Positions 1 to 13,513 of a DNA stretch of 64,000 nt are shown here, piece by piece; the stretch's first letter is position 1, and the number at the start of each line of letters is the position of its first letter. The notes under the pieces are model-generated. The model did not search any database and was not told where the DNA came from. It saw only the letters and a list, made by a program, of their open reading frames with translations. Origin of the DNA: the human T2T-CHM13v2.0 reference genome, Homo sapiens; NCBI RefSeq assembly GCF_009914755.1, contig NC_060926.1. One strand, written 5' to 3'. A program made the position numbers and the translations under genes.

Positions 1-1712
1 CTGGTGTCTTTCTGTAGGAGATTCCCATCTGTTCCCTGCCTGGTGTAAGTCTAAGGTTGCAAGAAAGGTGAGGAGTCTGGCACCAGGTAGGCATGACCTC
101 TCGGGCCACAGTTGGCTGGTCCCGGGCTAGTGCAATCGTGTTCCAGGACACAGAGGTCTCTGAGTTGGAATCAGGCAAGAGAGTTAAAGGATGCTCACAC
201 CCCAGCTTTGCACAGACACACTGCACGGCACACACCCAGCAGCATTAGTGGGATAAACATCTGTTTCCATAAGAGTCTGTCTTCAGTTTCACTTACAGAG
301 CTTTTCTAACCTAATTACGTGTGTCAACTCTGTGGCTGTAATCACTGTTCTTAGGTTAACCTCTGTAAACCGTCGGAGTTAGATGGCTTTATGGGCTGTC
401 TCAGGGAGTCTCTGGGTTACAGCAGACATGACTGATGACTGTGTGCTGTAACTGAACTATGCAGTCTGCTGGCCTTTAATATGCACATTAATGGTGACTG
501 AGTCTTGGCACCACCTTGCTGTGTTGGCTCTTGAGTTGCCTTTTATATTAAATGACGCATGATAGCAGACCTGCCTAGCAAATTACAGAATGACCTGAGC
601 TGCTTCCAAGTTAAGAGCGCTTGGTGAGTTTGCTTGAGAGGGAGTCCAGCAGTCAGCTCTGAAGTCATTCTTATCTCCCATTGCCCACCCCTCTCTGCCC
701 CCCACCCCCGAGCCCTAGGTTAAGTGAAGGGATTAAAAATTGACCCAGTTTGATCAGCCATCAGGATAAAGCCATGCCCATTGTCTCCTTGAAATTCTTG
801 GGGGGTGAATGGGCATTTTTTTCCTTTTTTCTCCACTCTTTCCAGCTGTTTTTGATCTGGCATAAGCATGAGGGTGAAACACGAGTGAGAAGGAACGGGC
901 TTCAGGTTGATTTGGATGTTTATGTTATTTGATGTGTTATGTTAAAGATCATTTCCTAGCCTGACTAGGTTATTATTGAGTTTCTTTTATGTATATTAAG
1001 CCATTTCTCTTCCTGATGGTTAGTCCTGAATTTCCCATTTGCTCAATTTTTCTTTTTGCTCTGGAGAATTCTAGTAGAGCACACATTGTAATCCTATGAC
1101 CGTAATTTCATCAAAAGTGGTAATTTTTTAAATGTTGAGGAAGCAGTGACCCTAATGTTTCAAGTCAAGCTACAAAGCTACCTTATTTTTGTTCTTACTG
1201 TCACTAAAGATACATCTAAAATTATAAAATAATTTCATGACAGTAGGTAAAGTAGAATCAGTTATTTTGGGAGACATTATCAATATTCAGCTGCAATAAA
1301 AAATTAATGGGTAAAAGCAATTCTGATGTATAATAAAGATTAACTTCATTTTATGAGGCAGGCCATTCTCTGGTTGAGAAGAATTGAAGAAAAATAAACC
1401 ACCTTTCCCTCTTCTGGGAGATCAGAATCTAGCAGTGTTTGATGTAGGGTACAGTGTGTATTTTTTAGAACTCTCAGTTGAGTGCATTAGAGTTTGCTGC
1501 ACTATTTTGCAGTCACCTTTTCTCTTATTTAAAGAAAAAAAAAGCAAACTAAAATATACTCAAACTCCCCTTTTGCCTTTTACAGAGCCAAAGTGTCTGG
1601 TTCTCCAGCCAAAAATGTTTTTAACCCTTTGGCATTTATGAGACAAGAGTAAATAAGGTATGTCAGAGCTCTGAGAGGGGGGTGGGTGCTACACAGGGGA
1701 GGGTGCCCTAGA

Positions 1713-1915
1713 CTCTGGAATGCTGGAGATGACTCACACTTGCTTGCAAGAACTGTGGTTAAATCTGCAGGTATTGGGGGAGCTAGTTGACTTCACACTG
1801 GTAGTTTGACATTGGCCACAGTGGGAGTACTGACACCATGAAAATCGGCAAGTGCTATAAGTCAGGGCTCTTCCACCCCACTCACCCATGAGGTTAAGTG
1901 TCCAGCACATGGCTG
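1713..1915 (+). mobile_element. MER63A-like hAT MITE
   Basis: Matches recalled MER63A consensus: ggtagtttgacattggccacagtgggagtactgacaccatgaaaatcggcaagtgcta...ccagcacatggctg. Confidence 0.7.
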
Positions 1916-3189
1916 CCTAGGCTAGAATGGAATACAGTGAGGAGGCAGTTACTCAGCCCTTCTCCATCACTAGGGACTCAGAGGGTAAAATGGGTCACTT
2001 CGGAGGAAATGCTTTGGAAAACAATAAGGCTTTGGAATGTAGGCCAGGGACTGCAGGGGGCTTGGTTGCTTTCTCATTAGCCTTTGCCTCTGGGATTCTC
2101 TCACTCACACTCTGGTTTTGTTGAGTTCTGGGACCAGGGACGTTTCTCTGCTCTGGGTCCTTTTTGTGTGCTCAGAATTACTCAGCATTTGGAACTGAGA
2201 CAGAGACAAGAGCTCCTGGGACAACAGAAAGTCCTCAGGAGGTGTGAGTGGGGAAGCTGGTTCACACCCAGTCCCCACGCACACCCATGTGGGCCTCACA
2301 GTGAAGGTCCAGGTAGAAAAGCTTGAGGAAAGAGAACAGGGCAAGAGCTTGTTTAGAAGCAATCCTGTTAGTCCTAGCCACTGGTCTGAACATATAAAAG
2401 AAAATCAAGCCAAACAGATGTTTTCCTCAGAGGCAGCCAGTAAGGGAAGGAATTATCTCCTTGAGTTGACATCCAATGTTGGGCTCCGGGAATGAAATTT
2501 CACAATGCATTGGACGTGGATGGCATGGTCTTTCTTCCTGTGGATTTAAGAATTAGTTTCAATTTAAAATGGGATGCTTTGAAATCTCAGGTCAGACTTT
2601 CTCCTAAACTTTTAAACCAATTCACAGTTCTGGCCATATTTCAGCCAGCAATGAGGAGTCAGAAGGCTGGCTCTCAATTTTTTTTAAAAAAGATTTTGCT
2701 TCAGCCAGCCAGCCATTGATCTGAAGGGTTCTAAGCGATTCTATTTCATTTCATTTAAACATTGGCTCCTTTATTTCCTCCCTCTTCTCACCAGCTAAAA
2801 TTACAGGAGACCACCATTTTCGGGTGGAAAGAACATTTTGTGAAGTTCATTTGCTAAGCTTCTGCTATGAACCCACTTGGCCAAAGAGGGAAATCCTCCA
2901 GGAATTCAGTTTCACCAACCCTTCCCTCCACCCCGGGCTGCCGCTCTTCCTGCTGCTTTCATTTTAAGGGGACTGGGCATTTTTGCAATTTTGTCTTGAC
3001 CATCATCATCTTTTTATTACTCATGGGGAACTTTCAAAACACCAGCTCCTTTTTTAAAAGTAGTTTTGTGTTCTTAGTGGTTTCACAATCTGAACTGAGC
3101 TGATGATTTGAGAAAATGTGGGCAGTTCATGGAATCATGAATGGTTAGAACCTTTCAGTTGAAGGGGACCCTAATCAAACATTCTACCC

Positions 3190-3402
3190 CAGTGGTTCTC
3201 AGTCAGGAGGGACTCTGTTCCCCAAGGGACACTTGGCAATGTCTGGAAACATTTTTGTCACTGCGGGGAGGGGGTTGCTACTGGTATCTGGTGGGTAGAG
3301 GCCAGGGTGGCTGCTAAACATCCTACAGTGCACAGGACCACCTCGCAGAACAAATAATTCTCTGGGTGAAAAGATCCATAGAGCTAAGTTTGAGAAACTC
3401 TG
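3190..3402 (+). mobile_element. MER20 hAT-Charlie MITE
   Basis: TIRs cagtggttctca / tgagaaactctg; diagnostic core ttggcaatgtctggaaacattttt and ctgctaaacatcctacagtgcacagg; 8-bp TSD ttctaccc/atctaccc. Confidence 0.9.
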
Positions 3403-4962
3403 ATCTACCCCAAAATTGAAGCCCTTCCAGCATCAGAGTGGACAGCTCCAGGGAAAGAGCAGCTCAAGAAACTACTCATGGGAGCAGCAGCCCTAAACTG
3501 GGGTCGACCCACAACGTGATGAGTGGGTGGCGAACTGTCAGGGCGGCAAGGGACAGGAGACCCACGAAAATTCATTTGGGGAAAGGGAAGACTTGGATGC
3601 CCAGCAGTCATCTTCTATGCTTCACTGGGCATAAACATATTCATTCAGACATTAGGTTTGATCGGTATGATTCCAGAGGGCAGGTTTAGAAATGTTGGGG
3701 GGAAGCTATGGGGAGGTTGAATTTGGCTTGGTGCGGAAGCACTCATACAGTCTCACCTAGTGAAATTTCATAAGCTCCGCTGTGTTGGCTCTTGGTGAGT
3801 TCACAGTTAAGAAAATCTTGAGGTTTCATTCATGCACTTTATTTAATTCCGTCTCCAGCCTCCTGCTTAATCCTGTTCTTATGCAGTTGATTTTTTGGCA
3901 CGAGTGAAGTTCACGCTGGGCTGGAGGGAGAAGTGGGGAGAGTGAGGGATGAAATTCCAGGAGCAGGCCTGTTAGACTCTTCAAGTCCACGAACGCAGCC
4001 TCCCTGGCTCTCCTCCCAGTTGGATTGGCTTTACGGTCCTGTCAGTGGGACAGGCTATCTTGGCCAAACATGTGAATCTCCCTGAATGGGAAAAAGAAAA
4101 GGCAGAACATTAACTTAAAGTTTAGGATGCATGTGGGGAATGAAGGTGTGTGGATGGCTTATAGGATATCACTTGCTCTCCCAGAAACTCTGGACTGCCC
4201 TGCAGTAAAAACACCAAACCTCCTGCGCTGGGCTGAGAAGGGGCTTGAGCGTCGCCTGGGAAAATCTTTGACAGGCTGCCCAAACCGCAGCCCTAATCAC
4301 TGAGGCACGTGGCTGACATTTTAGCAAGCTCACTTGGACTCGGAGCTTTCACAGAATGGAGACAAGGGAATAATTTCACTTTGGAGGACTGCACTTCTTT
4401 CCTTTACACCTCCCACTCCATCCTTCTTGTTAGCAAATACCCTGGGTGGGCAGATGTCACAGGAGCCGGCGGGGATGCTGGTTTGCATGGCAGCATCCCG
4501 CGGCGGAATACCAATGGCACAGCTCATGCTCTTTACTGAGGGGGTGGGACTCTGGAATTTTGGCATGATTGTAGTTGTTGCTGTAATCATGTTTTACATT
4601 AACAATGTTTCTTTCATCCAGATGGATTCTTAAGCGCTCGACAAACTTTATTAAGTAATTACAACAAGTTATAGACATTTAATTTGTCTATCATTAGGCA
4701 CAGTTTCTGGGTGAATCATGGGATTTTTTTTGTTTTGTTTGGCCACACACAGAAACAGGATATTGATAGGGGACAGAGTAGACCTAGGGCTGTCAACTGG
4801 GCTTGGAAGAAGCCTGTCCTTGGTCTGAATTGGAAAAGGCACTAAGGCAACAGCCTCCCGGTGCAATCGTGTGAGTGAAGATCGGTGCAATCATGCGAGT
4901 GAAGATCACGGCAAACTTGACAATGGAGAAGAGGATACAGAAGCATTTCACACATCCCTGGG

Positions 4963-4984
4963 TTATTATTATTATTATTATTAT
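4963..4984. repeat. (TTA)n microsatellite
   Basis: About 7 direct TTA units. Confidence 0.85.
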
Positions 4985-5035
4985 TTCTAAATGGTCTACA
5001 AAACCATATGGAATCTCAATTTAAATACAGGAAAA

Positions 5036-5411
<376 letters not shown>

Positions 5412-5913
5412 TCAAGGAGTCCTAGTGCAAAAGGGGCTTCCAGGACCACTCAGGTGGGAGCCTTTCAACCTGTGCCTCCTCTGAGGGCAGCTCAGGGGTT
5501 CTACAGCAGGAGGGAGGTGATGGGTCACCAGGAGGCAGGGCTCTTGGTCCCCGACATCTCCTTCTGACTGGTTTCACATACTGCATTTTACTCAAGATTT
5601 CTGCTGAAGAAAGGGTACCACTGCTAAAGAAAAGAAAAATAAAATGTGCAAACCTGACTGGTCCAGTTCCTGATATTATATGCGATGACCAGAGAGGTTA
5701 TGCAGGTAGTCTGGGGTCACATAGCTAATAATTGGCCAAATTGAAGTGGGACCACGCTCTTTGTACAGCCAGCCTGAGGTGCCACCAAAGACAGTGCCAA
5801 TTTCAGCAGGAAGGAGAACTCCTTAAGGGGCTGCAGGACTGGTCTTCCCAGACAGCTGTCCAAAGAGCTGCCTTTCTCCTCTTCCTTTAGGTTAAAAGAT
5901 GGCAGATGAGTCA

Positions 5914-6197
5914 GGGCGCAGTGACTCACACCTGAAATTCCAGCACTTTGGGAGGCCGAGGTGGGCAGATCACGAGGTCAGGAGTTCGAGACCAGTCTGG
6001 CCAACATAGTGAAAACCCGTCTCTACTAAAAAAAAAAAAATACAAAAAATTAGCTGGGCATGGTGGTGTGCACCTGTAATCCCAGCTACCCGGAAGGCTG
6101 AGGCAGGAGAATCTCATGAGCCTGGGAGGTGGAGGTTGCAGTGAACCGAGATTGCGCCATTGCATTCCAGCCTGGGCGACAGTGTGATACTCTGCCT

Positions 6198-6224
<27 letters not shown>
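5914..6224 (+). mobile_element. AluS (Sg/Sc-like) element
   Basis: Full Alu dimer, long poly(A), 20-bp TSD aaaagatggcagatgagtca at 5894-5913 and 6225-6244; gatcacgaggtc 2-bp deletion. Confidence 0.95.
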
Positions 6225-6230
<6 letters not shown>

Positions 6231-6934
6231 TGGCAGATGAGTCATGAGCGATATGAATGACGGGGTAGGGAGAAGTTGGTGCTTCTGTAAGATCAAAGGA
6301 GGGAGAGAAAACCAAGGATGGAATGACAGGAGCACAGACTGGAACTGCTCTGATGTGGCTTGCGTGGAAATTCAGCCACCACCCCAATGACCACGTGGCC
6401 ACCATGACCACAAGACTCAACATAGCCTTGTGCAGTGATGCATCAGGCACCACCTGCGGTATCTCCCCCTTCCCACCACGCCCTCGGAAGTAGCCATTCT
6501 CATCTCCACTTTGCAGCTAAATTGGTGGAGTTTTAAAGAAGTGAATAATTTACCCAAAGACATGGCTTGAAACCTGGGGTCTCTCCACCTGCCCGCCCCA
6601 CCTGCCCTGAGAATGTGGATGGCACCAGGCCTCAGCCACTGGGACTGTTCCCTACTAACCCGTGAGCTCTGTTATGGCAGCTCTCTCCTATTTATCCTCT
6701 TATTCCAAGCATCTGATGTAGTACTTGGCACATGGTGAGCACTTGATGAAGAGTCCTTTGAGTTTAATGGATTGCATCCTATTTTCCCTTCAAGACTGGC
6801 CTCAGCTGGTTGGAATCACAGTTGCACTGCGTTACCGTAATCTGTGTTTGTGTTTGCTCAGGGATGTATTTGCTAGAATGAAAATTCCTGCAGGCAGGAC
6901 TTCTCCATTGTCTCATTACTCCTGGGAATATGAC

Positions 6935-7445
6935 TGTGGTGGGCAGAATAATAGCCTCCAAAGATGTTCCCATACTAATCCCTGGGAACTGTGGATATGT
7001 TAGTTACAGGGCAGAGGGGAAGCAACATTGCAGATGAACTTGAGGTTGTTAAGCAGATGATCTTAACACAGGGAGGTCATTCTGGATTTTCCAGGTGGGC
7101 CTAATGTCATTATAAGGGTCTTTGAATATAGAAGAGGGAGGACGAAGAGTCGGTCAGGAGAGCAGATTTGGGGATGGAAGCAGAAAACAGCGTGATCTAA
7201 CTGTGGGTTATGGAGATGGAAGAGGCCACAAGCACAGGAATGCAGGCAGCCTTGAGAATCTGGAAAAGGCAGGGACTGGATTCTCCCCAGAGCCTCCAGA
7301 GAGAGCAGAGTCCTGCTCACACGTTGACTTCAGCCCTGCAGACCCATGTCAGACATGCGGCCTCCAGAACTGAAAGATGGTAAATGTGGGTTGTTTTAGG
7401 CTACGTTGTGGTGATTTGTTACAGCAGCAACGGGAAACTGATCGA
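6935..7445 (+). mobile_element. MLT1D/E-like MaLR solo LTR
   Basis: Starts tgtggtgggcagaataatagcctccaaagatg; contains gattctccccagagcctccaga; ends tttgttacagcagcaacgggaaact. Confidence 0.85.
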
Positions 7446-7478
7446 GGTCCTTGGTACCGTGGGTAACTCGGCTGCTAA

Positions 7479-7797
<319 letters not shown>

Positions 7798-8404
7798 TTC
7801 TCCTGCCTTTAATGGGGTGAATTTTGCCTGTGATACCCACCTGCCCACAGGTGACTTCTCTGAGAGAACAGGTGTTAGGACGAGAGTAGTTCTGGTCACT
7901 GCCTCGGCTTACCCCAAGGATGGGCTGAGATGCAGGGAGGACCTCTCCGTTCACCTGAGCAGCCAGACAACTCGAGGTACCAAGAGGTTTGCCAAGCTGG
8001 GCACAGTCCCCTGTGTATCTTCCCTACCTTCCAACAGACTTTATGTATGTTTTTATACACAAATGGCCAAAAACCCTGTAAGAGACTGAGCTGAGGTGTC
8101 AGCACAAGTTCCTGATGGAAAGGTCCAGCATGTTTCTCTAAGTGAATACCCACTAGTTCAATCATTCATTCAACGAGCACCATTGGCCCCCGCCACAAGC
8201 CAGGCATCACGCTGGGGGCTGGGGGCTGGGGTATCAAGAGCACATCTTCATGGCACCACCCTCCAGGGGCCACAGCCTTAGCTGTCGCAGGCCAGGCAGG
8301 TCACAGGGAGGAGTGGGTGGCATGGGAGGGCTGGGGAGTGGAGGAAGATGACCCAGGCCCAGCCCCTTGGCTCCATCTGATGTTCTCCAAGCAGAGATAC
8401 AAAC

Positions 8405-8600
8405 CCAGGGCCTTTGGATCACTTTGGTTGTCAGGGGAAGCCAGATATCTGTATATCTTAAAATGTGAAAATTTAAAAAAAATTTCCAATTAAAATTAAT
8501 CATAAAAATATTGGCAACTAATTGAATTTTTAAAAATAGTGAAGACAGAACATTTTTGGGAGCTGGATTCAACCTGCCAGCCACTGGTTGGGTGCCTCTG
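8405..8600 (-). mobile_element. MER102-like hAT fragment
   Basis: Reverse complement cagagg...tttttaaaaattcaattagttgccaa...atctggcttc resembles recalled MER102 5' part. Confidence 0.55.
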
Positions 8601-9753
8601 GGCTAGTGGGAACTGGTCTTGTTGAATCTGGATCAAATGGCAAAAGTAACCTGGGAGAGACGAAGGGAAGGTCACTGGAATGATTTGAGGCCACTTATCA
8701 CTCAACCTTGATGGGGCTTGCAGACTGCTGTCTGCAACTACAATGTGAGGGTTAAATGTAATTACAGACAGACAGTGCTTTGTGGCTGAGAGTTCTTACT
8801 CAATGAGGAATTTCTACATTTACTGATGGAATTGTGTTGCTATACTTAGTAGAAAGAAAGAAATAACAGTTCAAGATGAAGGACATCTCTGTCTCATGCT
8901 CCATTTAAGTCTTCTCCTTAGGATATCAAGGATGAATCATTTTCTTGTAGGTTGAAGTTACAGTGGAAGTTTGGAGTGACCTGTAGGTCACGGCACACAC
9001 TTGAGTAAATTTGCACACCCCGGGATGCAGGCACTGGGCTTTTCTATTGTGGTTCAGCCAGCCACACAAGTTGGTGGTGTTTAAATTCACTGTGTTCTTG
9101 GCAGAACCCAAACTCTGCCCACCTGGGGAAACTGCCCCTGTCATTCTGCTGGAGCTGGCAGCTGGAGGGGAGGTTGGAGATTTGGTGATAACTTCTCCGA
9201 TATTCCATCTACGAGGAGAAGGCCAGGCAGGGAGCAGCTGCGACTGCAAATACCAGGCCACAGGGCAGCTTCTCGCTGGAGTGCAGAAGGCCTCTGGAGG
9301 GGCAGCTAGTGGTGTCCCCTGCTGCCTTCTGGGGCCTGCTGGGATTGTACCTCTAATGTCCATCTGGTCGGTGGGGCCACGCGATGAGTCCAGAGTTGTG
9401 AGCAGATGTGCATCATCTGGGAGTGGGGCATTTATTTGCCGAGGTAAGGCCCTCCAGGACCCTCTTTTCCCTGAGCCCAGTTTGAGATGGAGGCTGCTCC
9501 ATCGACCTGGTTCTTGGAGTGGCTGAGAGCCCCAGCTGTCCCTCTGGGGACATGTGTCTAAGTGAGAAACACCCTCTTGTTTAGGCTGAGATGTGGGGCT
9601 AGGTTATTATACGGTATCACCTGGCATTTCCTGACACCTGGAGCCACTCCATCGCTAGCTGCTACTAACTCTCATGGGTCGGTGGTCCAGGTGATAAGGA
9701 CCAAGACCTTATCATGCTCTGGAGCTCCTGACTTCTGTGCCCCAAGGGGCCTC

Positions 9754-10044
<291 letters not shown>

Positions 10045-11882
10045 CCCAGGGGGCCTCTTAATAAGCACATCCCAGTCCACACCCCCATCCCGTGTGGCTG
10101 CAGGAAGTTCGTTCTTCGGCCAAATTCCCCACCACACTTCTGGTCATCCCAGGGATGCCTGTTCCAAGACCATCCTGGCGGTCATGGTCACAGCAGCCAG
10201 CAGTCCCCCTGAACCTTGGCTCAGGGCCCTTGCAGACCCCCTCTGAACATCTCCAGGCTAATTTCTGCTACCTCTGAACCCAGCTTCTCCCCATCAGAGA
10301 CACAACCATTTCCATTAATGACTCAAAGCCAAGCAAAGACAGAGCTTTCACATCTAACACAACCTGACTAAAGGCCAGGGCAGTGGGGAGCTTATGATGT
10401 GGGCAAGTCAGCTTAGCGAGGTCTCCCAGATCTGAGGACTCCTACTCCCAGATGTGCCTTGCTTAGGGTGGAACCTTCTGGCTCCCCTGGTACTCAGCTC
10501 ACCCCTGCAGCTGTGTTTTAGGGACCTTCCCCCTCCCTCCCTGCTGGGGCTGCCATTGGCCACAGCCTCCTTGCCAGAGTCCATGACCCCCAAGTGCTTG
10601 GAAGGAGAACAGGGTTCTCCTTGTCCCCAAGGCTGGCTGCTCTCCCTGTCATGATTCTTTTCCGAGTTACGAATCTGCCTGCAACAAAGGCAGCCTTTGA
10701 CTTTCTTTACTGAACACAAATAGTTTAGTTCTTGAATATCTCTAACATCCCCATCTTGGGAGAGGATTTTGGTTTTACCAAAGTTGAGTAGCAATCCGCC
10801 TTCAAAGATGAGCCCAAACTTCCCGCCAGAGAGGCGGAGGCAGCTGCTGCCACTTCCAGTTGGCATTTACCACCTTCCCGGCCAGCATGGTGCCCTGCAC
10901 CCACAAGGAGCCTGGCTTGGAGCAGTGTCACTGACTTCTCTGTGTGCTGGCTGTCACCATGGCCTGGCCACATGTTCTGAGCCCAAGACGTCCGGTGGAT
11001 CTGTCACACCAGTGTCCTCATCCCCAGGCTATGTGGCCATCAAGTCCAGGAGAGGCTCACTGTCCCTCAGTCATGTAGGGCTCCCTCATCCTGGAGAGGC
11101 AGCTGGAGTTCCTAAGGAGCCAGGAGTGGCCCAACTCAGGGAGCTACTGGACACATAGCAGTCACTCTCCCTCATGTCAGGCTAATGGGCCCACTGGGAG
11201 GGCTGGGGTCTTCATGGCACAGGATGCCATGATGCCAGGGGGTCTCGCTTCTTTCCTGTTCCCTTCAGTGCAGTCTTGTGCCCAGGCCTGAGGGCAAGCA
11301 TCTGTCCTTGCTCTTCCGGACCCAGTGGAATTATCTGGACAGAACTCCTAGATCTCAGGGTGTAGAAAGGCTTGAAACTTTTGCTGTCCCAGCCTGTCTG
11401 TGGGTAGGAGGTAGAGTTCCTGGTTGTGGTCTTTGTGGCCAATCTGTCGATAATGGAGCTGCTGTACTACAGTGAGGAGATTTGCAGTGTCCCCCGGACA
11501 CTTGGTTGAGTTTTGCTTGGACTTCCTTGCCTGGCCAGTCTCTCAATGACTGAAAGGATCATTTGTATGGGTCTGATCCTGGCTTCCCAGAACAGGCGAG
11601 AGGACATGGGCTAGTGGCTGCCAGGACAATGGCTGCAACACACATTATAAATGTCATCGAGCCACATCAAATCACATTTGGAAAAAAAAGGACAAAGATC
11701 ATGTATGAAGTTTTGACCCAAAAATAGTCATGGTTTTCACTTGTCTGTGTTCTCTTGCATCTTTTTTTCTATTATTTCACATCCCAGCCCAAGCATTCCC
11801 CATGTTCCTATGTGGTATTCTTATCCATCTTTGAAATGGTTTATAATCAACCACGATTTGAGTAATCGTTGCCATTGGACTT

Positions 11883-12273
11883 TGTTATGGCTTAAATTGT
11901 GTCTCTCAATTCTTATGCTGGAGTCCTAACCCCTGAGATATGACCTTATTTGGAGAGGGGGTCTTTGCAGAGGTAATCAAGGGAAAATGAGGTCACTAGG
12001 ATAGGCCCAGAATCTAATGGCTGGGGTCCTTATGAGAATGGGAACCTTGGGGGCAGAGACAGGCACAGAGAGAGGATGACATGAAGAGACGCAGGCAGGA
12101 GTCACATGCAAGCCAAGGGGAGGCATGGGACAAAAATCCCTCCCAGCCCTGCAAGGAACCAGTGCTGCCCTCCCTTGATCTTGAACATCTTTGTCTCCAG
12201 AACTTTGAGAGAATGAATGCTTAAGCCTCCCAGTTTGCGGTACTTGTTACTGCAGTCCTGGTAGATGACTGCA
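11883..12273 (+). mobile_element. MLT1B/C-like MaLR solo LTR
   Basis: tgttatggcttaaattgtgtc...gtcctaacccc...tgaccttatttggag...ttaagcctcccagtttgcggtacttgttac. Confidence 0.85.
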
Positions 12274-12352
12274 GCTGTTTTCATCTATTGTTTGCTTTTA
12301 TAATTAATTCCACAAGAACGAAAGCATAAATGGGTTCATGCTTTTGCTCCCC

Positions 12353-12464
12353 TGTCATTGATTCGTCTCCCATGCGCATAGCTCCTGGGTGACCTGAGGA
12401 TGGAAGGAGGTCCCATTAGTGATTTCCCAAAGTACAGGGATTTGGGCAGTAACCCCATATCATC
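12353..12464. repeat. Unclassified local direct repeat, copy 1
   Basis: Aligns by eye to 13372-13480: about 68/85 identical in the core. Confidence 0.85.
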
Positions 12465-13371
12465 CTTTAAGCCCTTCCTAACCCCCTGTTGGACTTGGGA
12501 GCCCCTCAGAGCCCCTGGCACCTGAGCCCATCTCACCAGAGCACTCTCCCAGGGGCCAGCTGCTGCAGCGACCCCTCCTCCGGTTTGATTGTCTTTGCAC
12601 CAAACCTGACCTCTGACAGCTGCTGAATGAGCCCATGCTGAGTGTGCGGGGGATGTGGGGAAGCCTGGGGCGGTGGTCACACTTGGGGCTGAGGACAGGT
12701 CTTGGCTCCAGCTGGTCTTTCCCACGGGCACAGGAGCCCTCACATGTGTGTATAGGAGGCAGGTTGTGCCTGGCATCAACTCTGGCTGAAGTGGAGGGGC
12801 TGAGGGATGCCCTGGCCATCAGGGAAGAGATCAGGGAAGAAGACACGGCCACAAACACCAAGCGTGGCCTGAGGATCTGCCCCAAGCCTGACAGCGCCAT
12901 TTCAGGACCAGTCTTGCTTTTCTGACATAGAATAAATTGATAATCTATTGGTGTCAGCTGAGTGGAATTCGTAAGCATGTGAAACGCTAAAGCCTGCTGC
13001 TGGAAATGTTGTCATGTGCATTTTTGAAATGGAAGTGTCAGTGTTCTAGAAGTAATACGAGTCAGGGTGCTCAGCTCATTGAGCTGCCAAGCTTCATCTT
13101 AACAAAATAAAAAAGAAGGCTCAGAGAGAGAGCAGCAGGGAATGTGGACCCTTCCAAGTGGGGTGAAGCTCGAGGAAGATCCCCAAGTATAGCTGGAACT
13201 CTAAAAACCCAAGCTCTGCCTGCGAGTGAGGGGAGGCTCCTCTCCGGCCTGCTCTGCCAGGCCAGGCAGGGCTGTGGAAGGCTGGTCCTTGCACAACCAC
13301 ATATAGCTGTGGGGTAAGTTGAGCAAATGTAGGAAGAGGCTGGAGGATTCTTGTCTAGTAAACCTGAATAT

Positions 13372-13480
13372 TGTCATTGTGATGGCATCCATTGAACAAG
13401 CTCCCCTGTGACCTGAGGACGGGAGGGGCCCGATAGTGATTGCCCAAGTGTAGGGATTTGGTCAGCAACCCCATATTGTC
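13372..13480. repeat. Unclassified local direct repeat, copy 2
   Basis: Shares gtgacctgagga, tagtgatt, agggatttgg and aaccccatat blocks with 12353-12464. Confidence 0.85.
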
Positions 13481-13513
13481 AGCATGCATTTTTATAGGTT
13501 GCCTCTGTATTTT

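Noticed and set aside
114-135. ggctggtcc resembling a Y RNA 5' end
   Set aside because: Similarity stops after about 9 nt; no complementary 3' stem or oligo-T terminator.
4334-4633. 99-aa ORF with hydrophobic C-terminus
   Set aside because: Starts at TTG, no homology I recognise; more simply an overlap with a regulatory-like element.
12353-12470. Minus-strand peptide ITNGTSFHPQVTQELC, faintly like a retroviral integrase motif
   Set aside because: Too short, frame not shared by copy 2, and no flanking ERV internal sequence.
12390-13440. Hammerhead-like CUGAGGA followed by a stem in both repeat copies; also possible H/ACA boxes on the minus strand
   Set aside because: The required GAAA after stem II is absent in both copies, and the H box (ANANNA) is present in only one copy.
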